NCBI GenBank assembly: GCA_963733295.1
Contig: CAVTCS010000003.1
Location: forward strand, 992,001 to 1,056,000
Direction of reading: 5' to 3'
Length of the DNA: 64,000 bases
From: Vulcanimicrobiota bacterium
GTDB lineage: Bacteria > Vulcanimicrobiota > Vulcanimicrobiia > Vulcanimicrobiales > Vulcanimicrobiaceae
The translations under genes and the position numbers were made by a program. Below the pieces are notes generated by a model, which worked only from the letters and a program-made list of their open reading frames with translations, ran no database searches and was not told the DNA's origin. Of this stretch, positions 1-11,851 are shown piece by piece (position 1 is the first letter of the stretch; every line of letters starts with the position of its first letter).

Positions 1-311
1 GCGGCGTAGGGCACCGTACCGTCGTCATAGGCGACGACGCTCGATCGATCGCCGATGCCGCGTTCGCCGACGGCTTTGGCGAAGGTTTCGGGCGGAGCGA
101 CGCGCACCGCGTACGGTGTCGCCGGATCGGCCAACTCGACGGCGTAGTCGAGATGGATGGCGTTCGGAATGTGGCCGCTCGCGTACTGCTCGGCACCCGA
201 CTGAGCAACGCGTCCGGGCGCACCGTGCGGCTCGCTCCGCGCGTCCACGATGCGCAGCTGCGGGTCGTCAAGACGCGCGCGCAGCCAATCGAGTTCGACG
301 AACGGATTCAT
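1..311 (-). CDS. Rhodanese-family sulfurtransferase (SseA-like), N-terminal part; runs off the window edge
   Basis: Own translation from ATG 311: MNPFVELDWLRARLDDPQLRIVDAR...YASGHIPNAIHLDY...GIGDRSSVVAYDD; GHIPNA and VVAYDD are rhodanese motifs; ATGA overlap with the upstream gene. Confidence 0.85.
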   Translation of the reverse strand, partial: MNPFVELDWLRARLDDPQLRIVDARSEPHGAPGRVAQSGAEQYASGHIPNAIHLDYAVELADPATPYAVRVAPPETFAKAVGERGIGDRSSVVAYDDGTVPYA

Positions 312-946
312 GGTGCCGGCCGCGCTCGTTCGACTTCCCGCGCCAGCTCGAGGCTGCCCTCATCACCAATCGCGCGCAGCGCGCGAATGACGCCGTCGAT
401 GTCTTCGCCGGGCCGATTTTGACTGAGCTTCCACTTCCCGACCAAGGTGTCGATGGGAAGCTCGAGGCCGACGATGGCTTTGAGCTGCGACTCGACGTAC
501 GGCTCGGGTGCATCGTCGACGTGCCAGGGGTGGGCCGAGCGGCTTTCGTGCAAATTCGTCAGCGAGGTCACGAACGCGCGCAGTCGCTCCGGTTCCTCGA
601 ACGTTCGCAGCGTGCCGCGCGCGTGCACGGCGATGTAGTCCCAAGTCGGGACGACTTTCTGCGTTTCGCGTTTGCTGGGGTACCAGTTCGGCGAGATGTA
701 ACCGTTGGGCCCGAAGAAGATGGCAAGCGCGGGCAGCCCGTCCGCCGACTTCCAGTGCGGGTTCGCCCGAGCTAGGTGACCGACGAGCTTCCCGAGGGGT
801 CCGGATTCGCGCTCGAGCATCATCGGAAGATGGCTCACGAACGGGCCGTCCGGGCCGAACGTCACGAGGGTCGCGACTTGTATTCGCTCGATCGCTTCGT
901 GGACGATATCGAGACGGGGCTGTTCGAAGTAGCGCGGAACGTACAT
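308..946 (-). CDS. FMN-binding negative transcriptional regulator (PaiB family)
   Basis: MYVPRYF start, GHLARANPHW, GYISPNWY, VPTWDY and GKWKLSQNR motifs. Confidence 0.88.
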   Translation of the reverse strand: MYVPRYFEQPRLDIVHEAIERIQVATLVTFGPDGPFVSHLPMMLERESGPLGKLVGHLARANPHWKSADGLPALAIFFGPNGYISPNWYPSKRETQKVVPTWDYIAVHARGTLRTFEEPERLRAFVTSLTNLHESRSAHPWHVDDAPEPYVESQLKAIVGLELPIDTLVGKWKLSQNRPGEDIDGVIRALRAIGDEGSLELAREVERARPAP

Positions 947-959
947 ACCGGCGCGGCGT

Positions 960-2183
960 CTAGGCGGAGACGGCGACGCGGCTGAGGGCGAAGCGTTTCT
1001 CTGCATCGTCGACGATGTATTTCCCGATCGCGAGCGACGACGTCGCCGCGGGTGACGGCGCGTTGCGAACGTGAACGACGCCCTCGGCGCCCTCGAACAC
1101 GAAGTCGTCGACGAGAGATCCGTCGGGAGCCATTGCTTGCGCGCGCACGCCCGAGGGTCCGGCCAAACAATCGTCGGGCGTCAACTCGGGAATGTAGCGT
1201 TGCAACGCCTTGACGTATGCGGCGCGCACGAGGTCGCGGTACATTTCGCCCGCTCCGACCTTCCAATACTTCATGGCCAGCTTGAAGAAACCGGGATACG
1301 TCAGCGCGTCCCAGAGTTCGGGCGGGTTGATGTCCCAGAACTCGTAGCCTTCGCGAGCGAACGCGAGAACGGCGTTCGGGCCGAGCCAGATGCTGCCGTC
1401 CATGCGTGGCGTGAAGTGGACGCCGAGGAACGGAAATTCAGGATCCGGTACGGGATAGATGTTGCCCTTGACCAAGTACGACTTTTCGGGCTTGAGGATC
1501 AGGTAATCGCCGCGGAAGGGGACGATTTTCGGATCGCGTTGGCCGCCCGTCATCTGTCCGAGTTTGTCGGAATATAAGCCGCCGCAGGTGATGACCGAAT
1601 TCGCCTGGATTTCGCCCTTCGGCGTGTGCAAGGTCGTGACGCCGTTCTGGCGCGTGATCTTCGTGACTTCGTGCTCGAGGTAGTAATCGACGCCGGCTTC
1701 CTTGGCGTCGTTGACGTACGAGGCGGAAACTCGGCCCCAGTCGACGATGCTGGTCACGGGGGAGGAGATCGCTTTGATGCCGCGCGCGTGCGGTTCGCGC
1801 TCGCGGATCTGCGCTTGGTCGAGCATCGCAAGACCTTCGACGCCGTTCTCTTGCCCGCGCACCCAAAGGTCTTGCAGACGTCCCAGCTCGGATTCTTCGG
1901 TTGCGACGATCAGTTTGCCGACCTGTTTGTACTCGATGCCTTTGCGCTCGCAGTATTCCCAAGCCATGCGACGGCCGTCGACGCACAGCTTTGCCTTCAG
2001 GGATCCGGGTTTGTAGTAGATGCCCGAGTGGATGACGCCGCTGTTGTGACCGGTTTGATGCTTGTTGAAAGCGTTTTCTTTTTCGACGCCGGCCACTTTG
2101 AGGTTCGGGAAGCGCGCTTTGAGCTCACGCGCGGTGGCGTTCCCGACGATGCCGCCCCCGACGACCGCGATCTCGTAAACCAT
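960..2183 (-). CDS. lhgO: L-2-hydroxyglutarate oxidase (FAD-dependent)
   Basis: VVGGGIVG, HQTGHNSGVIHSGIYY, IYPVPDPEFPFLGVHFT, GVRAQA and NAPSPAATSSLAIG motifs; start moved to ATG 2183. Confidence 0.9.
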   Translation of the reverse strand: MVYEIAVVGGGIVGNATARELKARFPNLKVAGVEKENAFNKHQTGHNSGVIHSGIYYKPGSLKAKLCVDGRRMAWEYCERKGIEYKQVGKLIVATEESELGRLQDLWVRGQENGVEGLAMLDQAQIREREPHARGIKAISSPVTSIVDWGRVSASYVNDAKEAGVDYYLEHEVTKITRQNGVTTLHTPKGEIQANSVITCGGLYSDKLGQMTGGQRDPKIVPFRGDYLILKPEKSYLVKGNIYPVPDPEFPFLGVHFTPRMDGSIWLGPNAVLAFAREGYEFWDINPPELWDALTYPGFFKLAMKYWKVGAGEMYRDLVRAAYVKALQRYIPELTPDDCLAGPSGVRAQAMAPDGSLVDDFVFEGAEGVVHVRNAPSPAATSSLAIGKYIVDDAEKRFALSRVAVSA

Positions 2184-2255
2184 CTTGGGACGATTCTGCC
2201 CAGCCCCGGCGGTGCCCGCTAGGACTTTTTCCCAAGCGGCGAGGAAGGCCAGGGA

Positions 2256-3821
2256 ATGACCGTCACGCTCGAACGCATCACACCCTTCCGGAACGAAGAA
2301 ATCCGGCCTTTTACCGACCCCGCCGACATCGCGTCGCTCGAGGCGGCTCTCATCCGCGCACGCGCGCGTTTCGGGGAGCGCTATCCGCTCGTGATCGACG
2401 GGCACAAGCACGAGACCGAGCGTTGGATCGAGTCACGCAATCCTGCCCGCCCCAGCGAGATCGTCGGTTTCGTCGCCTCGGCGCCGCTCGAACGGGCGCA
2501 CGAAGCTCTTGCGGCGGCGAGCCGCCGGTTCGAGAGCTGGAAACGCGTACCGGCGGCCGAACGCGCCGGCTACCTCTTGAAGGCGGCCGAACTCGTGCGG
2601 CGGCGGCGGGACGACTTCAACGCGCTGCTCGTCCTCGAAGTCGGCAAGAGTTGGGTCGAAGCCGACGCGGACACGGCCGAGGCGATCGACTTTCTCGAGT
2701 TCTACGCGCGAGAAGCGCTGCGCTACGCCGCGCCTCCGCCGCTGACTCCTGTCCGCGGCGAACAAAATCGCCTGAGCTACATCCCGCTCGGCGTCGGCGT
2801 CGTAATCCCGCCCTGGAACTTCGCCTTCGCCATTATGGCCGGGATGACGAGCGCGGCGCTCGTCGCCGGAAACACCGTCGTCTTGAAACCGTCGTCCGAT
2901 TCGGCCGTCATCGCCGCGCAGTTCGTCGACCTGCTGCACGAGGCCGGAATTCCGCCCGGCGTCGTCAACTTCGTACCGGGCTCGGGCCGGACGATCGGCG
3001 ACGCCTTAGTCGCCGATGCGCGAACCCGCTTCATCGCGTTCACCGGTTCGAAGGAAGTGGGCCTGCACATCAACGAGCTGGCCTCAAAGACGCAGCCGGG
3101 TCAGATTTGGATCAAGCGCGTCATTGCGGAAATGGGCGGCAAAGACTCGATCATCGTTGCCGCCGATGCCGATCTCGACGCGGCGGTCGAAGGCGTCGCC
3201 GTCTCCGCGTTCGGATTCGGGGGTCAGAAATGTTCGGCGTGCTCGCGCGCGATCGTTGAGGCTCCGGTCTACGACCAGTTCCTCGCGAAACTTGCGGAGC
3301 GGGTGAAGAAGATGAGCGTTGGGGAACCGCTCTCGCCGCGGGTGTACATGGGTCCGGTCATCAACGAATCGGCCATGAACTCGATCCTCGGCTACATCGA
3401 GAAGGGCAAGAGCGAAGGACGCCTGATCGCCGGCGGTAAGCGCGCGGAGGGCGAAGGCTGGTTTGTCGAACCGACCGTCATCGCCGACGTAGCTCCGGAC
3501 GCCGCGATCGCGCAGGAAGAGATCTTCGGGCCGGTTCTCGCGGTCATCAAGGCGCGCGACTACGACGACGCTCTCGCGATCGCGAACAATACCGAATTCG
3601 GGTTGACCGGTTCGGTCTATTCGGGCGATGAGGTGAAGCTCGAGCGGGCGCGCGACGAGTTTCACGTCGGGAACCTGTATCTCAACCGGAAGAGCACCGG
3701 TGCCTACGTGGGCGGCCATCCGTTCGGCGGCTTTAACATGTCGGGCACCGATTCGAAGGCGGGCGGTTACGACTACCTGCTGCTCTTCACGCAGGCCAAG
3801 ACGGTCTCGCGCAAAGTCTAG
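2256..3821 (+). CDS. pruA: L-glutamate gamma-semialdehyde (P5C) dehydrogenase
   Basis: ALDH motifs PPWNF, FTGS, EMGGKD, GQKCSACSR, EEIFGP; HPFGGFNMSGTDSKAGG is typical of the RocA/PruA group. Confidence 0.9.
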   Translation: MTVTLERITPFRNEEIRPFTDPADIASLEAALIRARARFGERYPLVIDGHKHETERWIESRNPARPSEIVGFVASAPLERAHEALAAASRRFESWKRVPAAERAGYLLKAAELVRRRRDDFNALLVLEVGKSWVEADADTAEAIDFLEFYAREALRYAAPPPLTPVRGEQNRLSYIPLGVGVVIPPWNFAFAIMAGMTSAALVAGNTVVLKPSSDSAVIAAQFVDLLHEAGIPPGVVNFVPGSGRTIGDALVADARTRFIAFTGSKEVGLHINELASKTQPGQIWIKRVIAEMGGKDSIIVAADADLDAAVEGVAVSAFGFGGQKCSACSRAIVEAPVYDQFLAKLAERVKKMSVGEPLSPRVYMGPVINESAMNSILGYIEKGKSEGRLIAGGKRAEGEGWFVEPTVIADVAPDAAIAQEEIFGPVLAVIKARDYDDALAIANNTEFGLTGSVYSGDEVKLERARDEFHVGNLYLNRKSTGAYVGGHPFGGFNMSGTDSKAGGYDYLLLFTQAKTVSRKV

Positions 3822-3833
3822 GAAGGCGCCGCC

Positions 3834-6428
3834 TTAGGCGGCCACGATGCCTGCGCGGATCGCAGCGGCGACCGCCCGCGTGCGGGTCGTCGCGTTCAAT
3901 TTCGAGAGCACGCGTTCGACGTGCGTGTCGACGGTGCGTGGACTGAGCGAGAAGCGTTGCGCGATCTCTTTGTTCGTCAAACCTTCGGCCAAGAGTTTCA
4001 AGATCTCCGACTCGCGCTTCGTCAGCTTCGATCCGCGTGGCTCGCTGTTCGTCGCGGATTCGCGGACGGCGCGCGCGGGTACGAGTGCATCGAGCACGAG
4101 CGCTTCGAAGCGCGTATGCGGGCGAGCCGCGGGCCCGTCATCTGACCAGAACTCGCGCCGCCGCTCCAGCAGTGCGCGGTAAGTAGCGCCGATTTCCGCA
4201 GGAGCCGGCGGCGCTTGCGTGCCGTCCCGCCCTGATGCGATGCGCAACCTGCGGAGCAACGCGCTGGCTGCAGCGAGCGCCAGCGCATCGAGCGCGTCGC
4301 CGGCGCGAGCCGTCGCTAATTCCGTTTCGGCTCGCGCAGCCAGATGCTCGTACTCGTCGTCGGCTGCAACCTTTGCGTAGGCGGCTGCTTCGGCCAAGAG
4401 CGCGACGCGTTGCGCGGATGGCAGGCTGGTTTCCGCGAGTGCCGCGCGAGCCGTCGTCAAGGCGCTGACGGCACCGGTGCTGCAGAATTGGGCTCGTGCG
4501 CGGAAAAGCGCCGCCAAACCCGAAGCTCGTTCGCGGTCGGCCGAGTACCAGGCTGCAGCGCCGTACGAGCGCGCCGCCGCGGCCGCATCTTCGCAGGCCG
4601 CAAGGGCACCTTCGTGCGCGTAGACGTCGGCCAGCGCCAGTTCGACGCCGGCCAGTTCCGCCGGCAGTTCGAGACGCCGTCCGAGTTCGCGGCCTTTCTC
4701 GGCGTAGTCCTTCGCCGCGGCGAGGTCGCCCCACAGCAGCGCGAGCCGGGCGTACCACACAAGCGTATTCGCCATCAGCACGACGTGATCGCTCGGTTCG
4801 AGCGCGTGCAGCATCGTGGCCATGAGCGCGTCGGCTTCTTCGAATTTCCCTAGCGCGGTTGCGGCGTAGGCGTCGAGAATCGCGATCCGTACTCGGCTCA
4901 CGAGATCCTCGCCGGCCTGCGCGAAGGCCGCGTGCGCGCTTTGCCGCGCGGCTGAGAAGTCGCCTGCGAGCACGTGGGACCAGCCCGCGAAACTATGAGC
5001 GACCAGTTCGTTCGAGCCGCCGCTTTCGCGAGCCATCCCGAAAAGTTCCCCAAGCTCGCCCGCGCTCAAGGGCTCGCGCCGGGCGAGGCGTTCTTCAGTC
5101 AACACCGAGCGCAAGGTCACCTCGACGGCCCGGTCGCCCGAGGCGTGTGCGCTCGCAAGAGCCGCGCCCAGACGTTCCGCCGCCCCGGATTCGCCGCGCT
5201 GACGCAACAACATCCCCTCGACAAGACCGTAGAGGATGGGCGCGTCCAGACCGCGCCCTCGCAGATCGCGCGCGATGCGTCCGGCGCGCTCACCCAGACC
5301 GGCGATGAACAGCGCGTAAGCGTGCTCTTGGACGAAGCGAGCGAGTCTCGCGTCGTCACCGCTTCGCTCGAAGTGAAACAGCGCCGGCAGATCCGCATCC
5401 GCCGCTTCGAGGAGTTCTCCAGCCCAGCGGTGATTCCGATCGATCGCGGCCGTCCCATCCCGGGCGCGAACTCGCTCGATGAGCGCCTCACGCAGCAGCG
5501 GATGGACGCGGTAGATTTCAGCCGGCTTGACAACGCCGAGCATGACGCCGCGGCGCTCGTATTCTTGCAAGTAGCGGCGCACGTTTCCGAGGGTCGCGTC
5601 GTACTCGAGAACCGGCGCATCCAGCGTTTCGAAAACGGCGGTTCGTTCGAGGAAGGCTACCATACCCTCATCGAGCGAGGCTAGGTTTGCGTCGATCAGC
5701 AGCGCGGTGATCGCGCTGCGCGAACCGTCCCGCGTAGGCAGGGTGAGGCTGCCGGTGAGGCTGAGCGCGATGCCCGCGGCCCAGCCCTCGAATGCTTCCC
5801 GCAGTTCCGCGACCTGCCGGGGCGCGGGCTCGCGACCGCGGCGAGCCGCGAGCTGCGCGACTTCTTCGTCGTCGAAACGAAGCTGGTCGACGCCGACGAG
5901 ATCCGCGCGCCCTTGCGCGATCCACTCGGCGAGCGGCAGGTTCGGCAGCGTGCGCCCGGCGAGAACGAGCGACACGCGCGGCGGTAGCGCGCGCATGACC
6001 CCCGTGATGAACTCTCCGAAGCCTGCGTCGCCGTCGAGCAGATGGACGTCGTCGCAAACGAGCCGGATTGGTTCGGCGATGTGCCCCAGTTCCTCGGCGA
6101 ACGTGGCGCCCAAGCGCTGCGCGCGCGCGGCGCTCGAGGCCTCCGGCCGGCGCGAATACTGCGACGCCACGGCAAGGGTCAGCCGTCCGAAACCGGGACG
6201 TAGGCGCCGCACGGCGTGGACGAGCGGCTCCGCGAACTCGCCGGCATGCCAAAGCTGCGCGGTGTACCACGCGCTCCTCGCGTCAGGCCGTAGAGCCAAC
6301 GTGAGCAGCGAGGTTTTTCCGTAACCTGCCGGAGCGACGAGCGCCGTTAGGTCCCGCTTCTCGAGCGAAGTCTGCAGCGACGACACGAGATGGGGCCGCG
6401 GGACCAGGTCCTCGGAAGCAGACGGCAT
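3834..6428 (-). CDS. MalT-like ATP-dependent transcriptional regulator with C-terminal LuxR HTH
   Basis: N-terminal RPHL...APAGYGKT Walker A, DDVHLL Walker B, YRVHPLLRE; C-terminal LTKRESEIL...GLTNKEIA...TVDTHV. Confidence 0.88.
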   Translation of the reverse strand: MPSASEDLVPRPHLVSSLQTSLEKRDLTALVAPAGYGKTSLLTLALRPDARSAWYTAQLWHAGEFAEPLVHAVRRLRPGFGRLTLAVASQYSRRPEASSAARAQRLGATFAEELGHIAEPIRLVCDDVHLLDGDAGFGEFITGVMRALPPRVSLVLAGRTLPNLPLAEWIAQGRADLVGVDQLRFDDEEVAQLAARRGREPAPRQVAELREAFEGWAAGIALSLTGSLTLPTRDGSRSAITALLIDANLASLDEGMVAFLERTAVFETLDAPVLEYDATLGNVRRYLQEYERRGVMLGVVKPAEIYRVHPLLREALIERVRARDGTAAIDRNHRWAGELLEAADADLPALFHFERSGDDARLARFVQEHAYALFIAGLGERAGRIARDLRGRGLDAPILYGLVEGMLLRQRGESGAAERLGAALASAHASGDRAVEVTLRSVLTEERLARREPLSAGELGELFGMARESGGSNELVAHSFAGWSHVLAGDFSAARQSAHAAFAQAGEDLVSRVRIAILDAYAATALGKFEEADALMATMLHALEPSDHVVLMANTLVWYARLALLWGDLAAAKDYAEKGRELGRRLELPAELAGVELALADVYAHEGALAACEDAAAAARSYGAAAWYSADRERASGLAALFRARAQFCSTGAVSALTTARAALAETSLPSAQRVALLAEAAAYAKVAADDEYEHLAARAETELATARAGDALDALALAAASALLRRLRIASGRDGTQAPPAPAEIGATYRALLERRREFWSDDGPAARPHTRFEALVLDALVPARAVRESATNSEPRGSKLTKRESEILKLLAEGLTNKEIAQRFSLSPRTVDTHVERVLSKLNATTRTRAVAAAIRAGIVAA

Positions 6429-6513
6429 CTCCCTCGTGCTTCTACGTAGTCTTACCGACGCCCGGGATGGGCCGGTCCGGTACGCTTCTCACAGTCTCGA
6501 GAGGAGCTGACCG

Positions 6514-8847
6514 ATGGATTCCACCCTATCCGCCCTGGGCGTCGCGTGTGCGGTCTTAGCCGGCGCGGCAGCGTTCGTGGCTCTCGCCCTCCTATTCAAT
6601 GCCGTAGATCAGGTGCGACTGCGCATCGGCCGGCTCGAGCGCGCTGTCGCCGCCGCGAACGAGGCAGGCGTTTCGCTCTCCCGCAACATCGAGACGCCGG
6701 AGGTAGCCGAGGATAACGTTGCGGTCACGCCGGCCGCCGGAGCTTTTGCCGAGCAAGATCGGGCGCAGGACCTCTTCGAGCCGGCGCACGCCTGGGCTGC
6801 AGCCACCGAAGAGAGCCCGGATGAAACCGTCGGTGCCGCTGCCGCAGCGCCGAAGCAGCGCGGCGCCATCGATTGGGAGATCTTCGCGGGCGGCCGACTT
6901 CTCAATATCGTGGGTGGGTTCGTGCTGGTCATCGGCGTCGGGCTCGCGCTGAAGTACGCGTTCGACCAAAATTGGATTAGCGAGTCACTGCGCATTGCCG
7001 CCGGTCTCGTCGTCGGCGCCGGACTCTTAGGCTTTGCCGAAATCGTGCGCTCGCGCAACCTGCACCGCTGGTTCGCGGACGGCGTAACCGGAACGGGTCT
7101 CGGCGTTCTCTACGTCTCGGGTTACGCAGCCTTCGGAAGCTACCACCTTTGGCCGTTCACGCTGGCCTACGCATTCATGTCTTGCGTAACCATCGTCGCG
7201 TTCTGTCTCGCGCTGCGTTACGACTCGCTCGCGGTGGCGCTGCTGGGGTGGGCCGGAGGGTTTGCGACGCCGTTCGTTCTCAACGACGGCAGCGCAAACG
7301 AAGTCGGAATGGCTTCGTACATCGTGCTCCTCGACCTCGGACTCGTTGCCATCGCGCTAGCGAAAGAGCGTTGGTTCGCGCTCGAACCCCTTGCGCTGAC
7401 CGGTTCCTATGCGGCGGCTTTCGCGTGGTACTCATGGCATGGGGACGTAGGCAGCCCCTTCGTTTCTACGATCGCGCTGTTGAGCATCTGGGGCGTGTTC
7501 TTTGCAGCCGGCGTCATGCGTGCTCTGCGCCTGGAGCGCTCGGCGGCGGGTGGCGCGGAACTCCTCGGCGTCGCGAACCTCTTCGTGCTTTGCGCCTATC
7601 TGCTGCAGGTGCTCGCCGGGCACTCGACGGCGTTCGAATACGTCGCGCTCGGGCTCGCGGCGGTGTATGCCGTCGCGTACGCAGCGCTGCTGCGGCGACG
7701 TCCGGACGCCTCAGCGCAGCGCATAGCGTGGTATCTGAGCGGCGCCGCGCTCGTCGCGCTTGCGACGGAGGAGCACTTCCACGATATGGAGCTCGCGACG
7801 GTCCTTGTCGCCGAGGGACTGGCCCTGGCCACTGTCGAGCGCGTGCTGCGCCTGGTTGCGCGCCGGCGAGCGGCAACGGAGACGAGTATCGCTGCCGCGG
7901 GCGCTATGCTCGCCGGCGCGAGTGCGTTTCTTTTCGGAAACGGAGCTTTCGAACACGCCACGAGCTGGAATCTGACTTTCGGTTCGCGAGACTTCGCATT
8001 TCTTGTGCTGATCGCCGGCGGATACGGCCTCGACCGGTTGCTGCGCGCACCGGGCGCGTGGCCGGAAGTGGCCGGAATCGTGCTTCGGCAGTCGACTCTC
8101 ATAGCGGTCCTCGTACTCGCCGCCGTTCATGCGGAGGGTTACCGGCTGGCCGCGACCTACGCCGTCCTCGCACTCGCCGCAATTGCCGTGGGCACGCGCG
8201 CGATGCTCAGAGATTTCGAGATCGACGGCCTCGCTCTCGCGGCGCTCGCGTCCGTCGTCGCGCTGGCACAGCCCGATACGTGGCAGCTGCAACACGTCTT
8301 CGCTTTCGTACCGCTCGCCAACGCCCGCTTCGAGGGGTTCGCGATCATTGCGCTAGCCTTGCTCGGCGGCGGCGAGATGCTGCGACGCCGGAGCTTGCTA
8401 CCGGCGGCGGTTCCGCGAGTGCTTCGAGCGGCCGGCACGCTCGCCGCCGTCGGCGCCGTCACGCTCGACGTGCGCGACTGGTTCGAGCGCGCGCTGGCGC
8501 TCGCGCGCCTCGAACCCCAAACGGCGGCCGTCATCCAGCGCCTCACGCACCTAGCGAGCGGTGAGCAGCTGGCGATCTCGGCGGCCTGGATCCTGGCCTC
8601 GCTGATCTTAATCACGCTCGGGGTGCGGTTGCGAGTTCGCGATCTCCGCTTGCTGGCGATCGGCCTCTTCGACCTGACGATCCTCAAGGCGTTCTTCGTC
8701 GACTTCGACAGCGTGGAGACGCTCTACCGGATTGCGATCTTCATCGGGCTCGGGCTCGTATTGCTCGGCGTTTCCTACGTCTATCAGCGGCTGGAGCGCG
8801 GTTTTTTCTCGGTCACTCCGCGCTCCGAAGAGGCCCTTCCGGCGTGA
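6514..8847 (+). CDS. DUF2339-like multi-pass membrane protein
   Basis: WEIFAGGRLLNIVGG...LKYAFDQNWI, GGFATP, C-terminal ILKAFFVD...YRIAIFIGLGLVLLGVSYVYQR; many hydrophobic segments; GAGGAG RBS. Confidence 0.8.
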   Translation: MDSTLSALGVACAVLAGAAAFVALALLFNAVDQVRLRIGRLERAVAAANEAGVSLSRNIETPEVAEDNVAVTPAAGAFAEQDRAQDLFEPAHAWAAATEESPDETVGAAAAAPKQRGAIDWEIFAGGRLLNIVGGFVLVIGVGLALKYAFDQNWISESLRIAAGLVVGAGLLGFAEIVRSRNLHRWFADGVTGTGLGVLYVSGYAAFGSYHLWPFTLAYAFMSCVTIVAFCLALRYDSLAVALLGWAGGFATPFVLNDGSANEVGMASYIVLLDLGLVAIALAKERWFALEPLALTGSYAAAFAWYSWHGDVGSPFVSTIALLSIWGVFFAAGVMRALRLERSAAGGAELLGVANLFVLCAYLLQVLAGHSTAFEYVALGLAAVYAVAYAALLRRRPDASAQRIAWYLSGAALVALATEEHFHDMELATVLVAEGLALATVERVLRLVARRRAATETSIAAAGAMLAGASAFLFGNGAFEHATSWNLTFGSRDFAFLVLIAGGYGLDRLLRAPGAWPEVAGIVLRQSTLIAVLVLAAVHAEGYRLAATYAVLALAAIAVGTRAMLRDFEIDGLALAALASVVALAQPDTWQLQHVFAFVPLANARFEGFAIIALALLGGGEMLRRRSLLPAAVPRVLRAAGTLAAVGAVTLDVRDWFERALALARLEPQTAAVIQRLTHLASGEQLAISAAWILASLILITLGVRLRVRDLRLLAIGLFDLTILKAFFVDFDSVETLYRIAIFIGLGLVLLGVSYVYQRLERGFFSVTPRSEEALPA

Positions 8848-8949
8848 AGCGCTGCGCTGCGGCCGGAAAGGCTTGCGGACCAAGCCGATGAAGGGGCGGG
8901 AGTGCGAGCGCGTCTCAGGAGTTATTCGCAAGAAGCTTCGGGTTTTGCC

Positions 8950-8978
8950 TTGACTCCCGCCTGGCGGGGTGCTACTAT
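8950..8978 (+). promoter_or_regulatory. sigma70-type rRNA operon promoter
   Basis: TTGACT (8950-8955), 17-bp spacer, TACTAT (8973-8978) with extended -10 TG, about 350 nt upstream of 16S. Confidence 0.75.
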
Positions 8979-9058
8979 AGCTGCCGTGACTCTGACGCCT
9001 CGTGCCTTCGGTACGGTCAGCAGTGATTCGGTCCGCACAGGGCTTGGCGGTGGCGTTC

Positions 9059-9084
9059 GTTCCTTGAAAACTGAGCAGTGCAGT
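9059..9084 (+). promoter_or_regulatory. rrn leader boxA-like element / 5' arm of the 16S processing stem
   Basis: GTTCCTTGAAAACTGAGCAGTGCAG is nearly complementary to CTGCACTGCTCAGCTTTGAGGGAA at 11044-11067. Confidence 0.75.
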
Positions 9085-9325
9085 AGCGCATAAGTTTGTG
9101 GGTCTCCAAGCGGAGAACAAACAGTGCGGCGGAAGCCGCATTTTTATTTGTTTTTCCGTACTTGAGAGATTATCAAGTCAATTCGACCGGTCCCGATCGC
9201 TATGCGATCGTGGCCCCTGGTCCCGAGCGAAGCTCGAGTCCGGGATGCCTGGTCAGCGCGTTAAATAGAGCCTCAAAAGCTCCGACAAGCTTTAGCGACC
9301 GGGTTTACCCGGCCGTTTGAGTATT

Positions 9326-10831
<1,506 letters not shown>

Positions 10832-11134
10832 AGTACATGCTACGGAATCGCCGGTCGCCGGCGTTTGCCGTGGCGTACATTCTAGGTCGACCACAAACGA
10901 TGCCTCATTTCCAGGGATCCGCCGGCCATTTCAGGCTAAGGTTGGGTTGAGGAAACGGCGCGACGTTTTTCAGACGTCGTTTGTGCCCATCTCTTCGGAG
11001 ATGGCCCGGCAGCGATCGAGCTTCGGCTCGATCGACGTGCCGGCTGCACTGCTCAGCTTTGAGGGAATGACCTCGAGCCGCAGTTTGCGTTCTTTTCGGA
11101 CACGCAACTGCACCGGCTCGAAGTCACGCCCTAT

Positions 11135-11167
11135 GATCTTTGAAAACTGCATAGAGAAGAACTTTCA
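11135..11167 (+). promoter_or_regulatory. Spacer boxA and 5' arm of the 23S processing stem
   Basis: GATCTTTGAAAACTGCATAGAGAAGAACTTTCA pairs with TGAAGGTTCTTCTCTATGCAGCTTTC at 14916-14941. Confidence 0.75.
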
Positions 11168-11802
11168 TGTGTCAAACATGAGAGCGGGTTCGTTGCGCGT
11201 ATTCCGTACGCGTGGCGAATGCAATTTCAAAGAAAAGAACAGTGCAAAAAAACCGTCCGCCCAAACGGACGGTGCGTATAAAAAGTAAAAAAGAGCGCAC
11301 AGGTGGATACCTTGGCATCACAGGCGACGAAGGACGTAGCAAGCTGCGAAAAGCTCGGGGGAGCTGCTAACAAGCGATGATCCCGAGGTCTCCGAATGGG
11401 GCAACCCACGCGCCGTTATGGGCGCGTACTCCGCGATGAATACAATAGTCGCGGTAGAGCACACGCGGTGAACTGAAACATCTCAGTAGCTGCAGGAAAA
11501 GACATCAACCGAGATTCCCGTAGTAGTGGCGAGCGAACCGGGAAGAGCCTAAACCGTCTACGTGTAAGCGATCGGGCGTTGCGTAGTCGGGGTCGTACGG
11601 CGGCCGTCCTCGAGCTGATCCTCGAGGCAACAGTAAGAAATCCGAACGCGAGCAGAAGCCGGCTGGAAAGCCGCACCAGAGCGGGTGATAGTCCCGTACG
11701 TTAATGCATTCGGACTGTTGGAGCCGTTCGTGAGTAGGGCGGGGCACGAGAAACCCTGTCTGAAGCTGGGAGGACCATCTTCCAAGGCTAAATATTCTGT
11801 GA

Positions 11803-11851
<49 letters not shown>

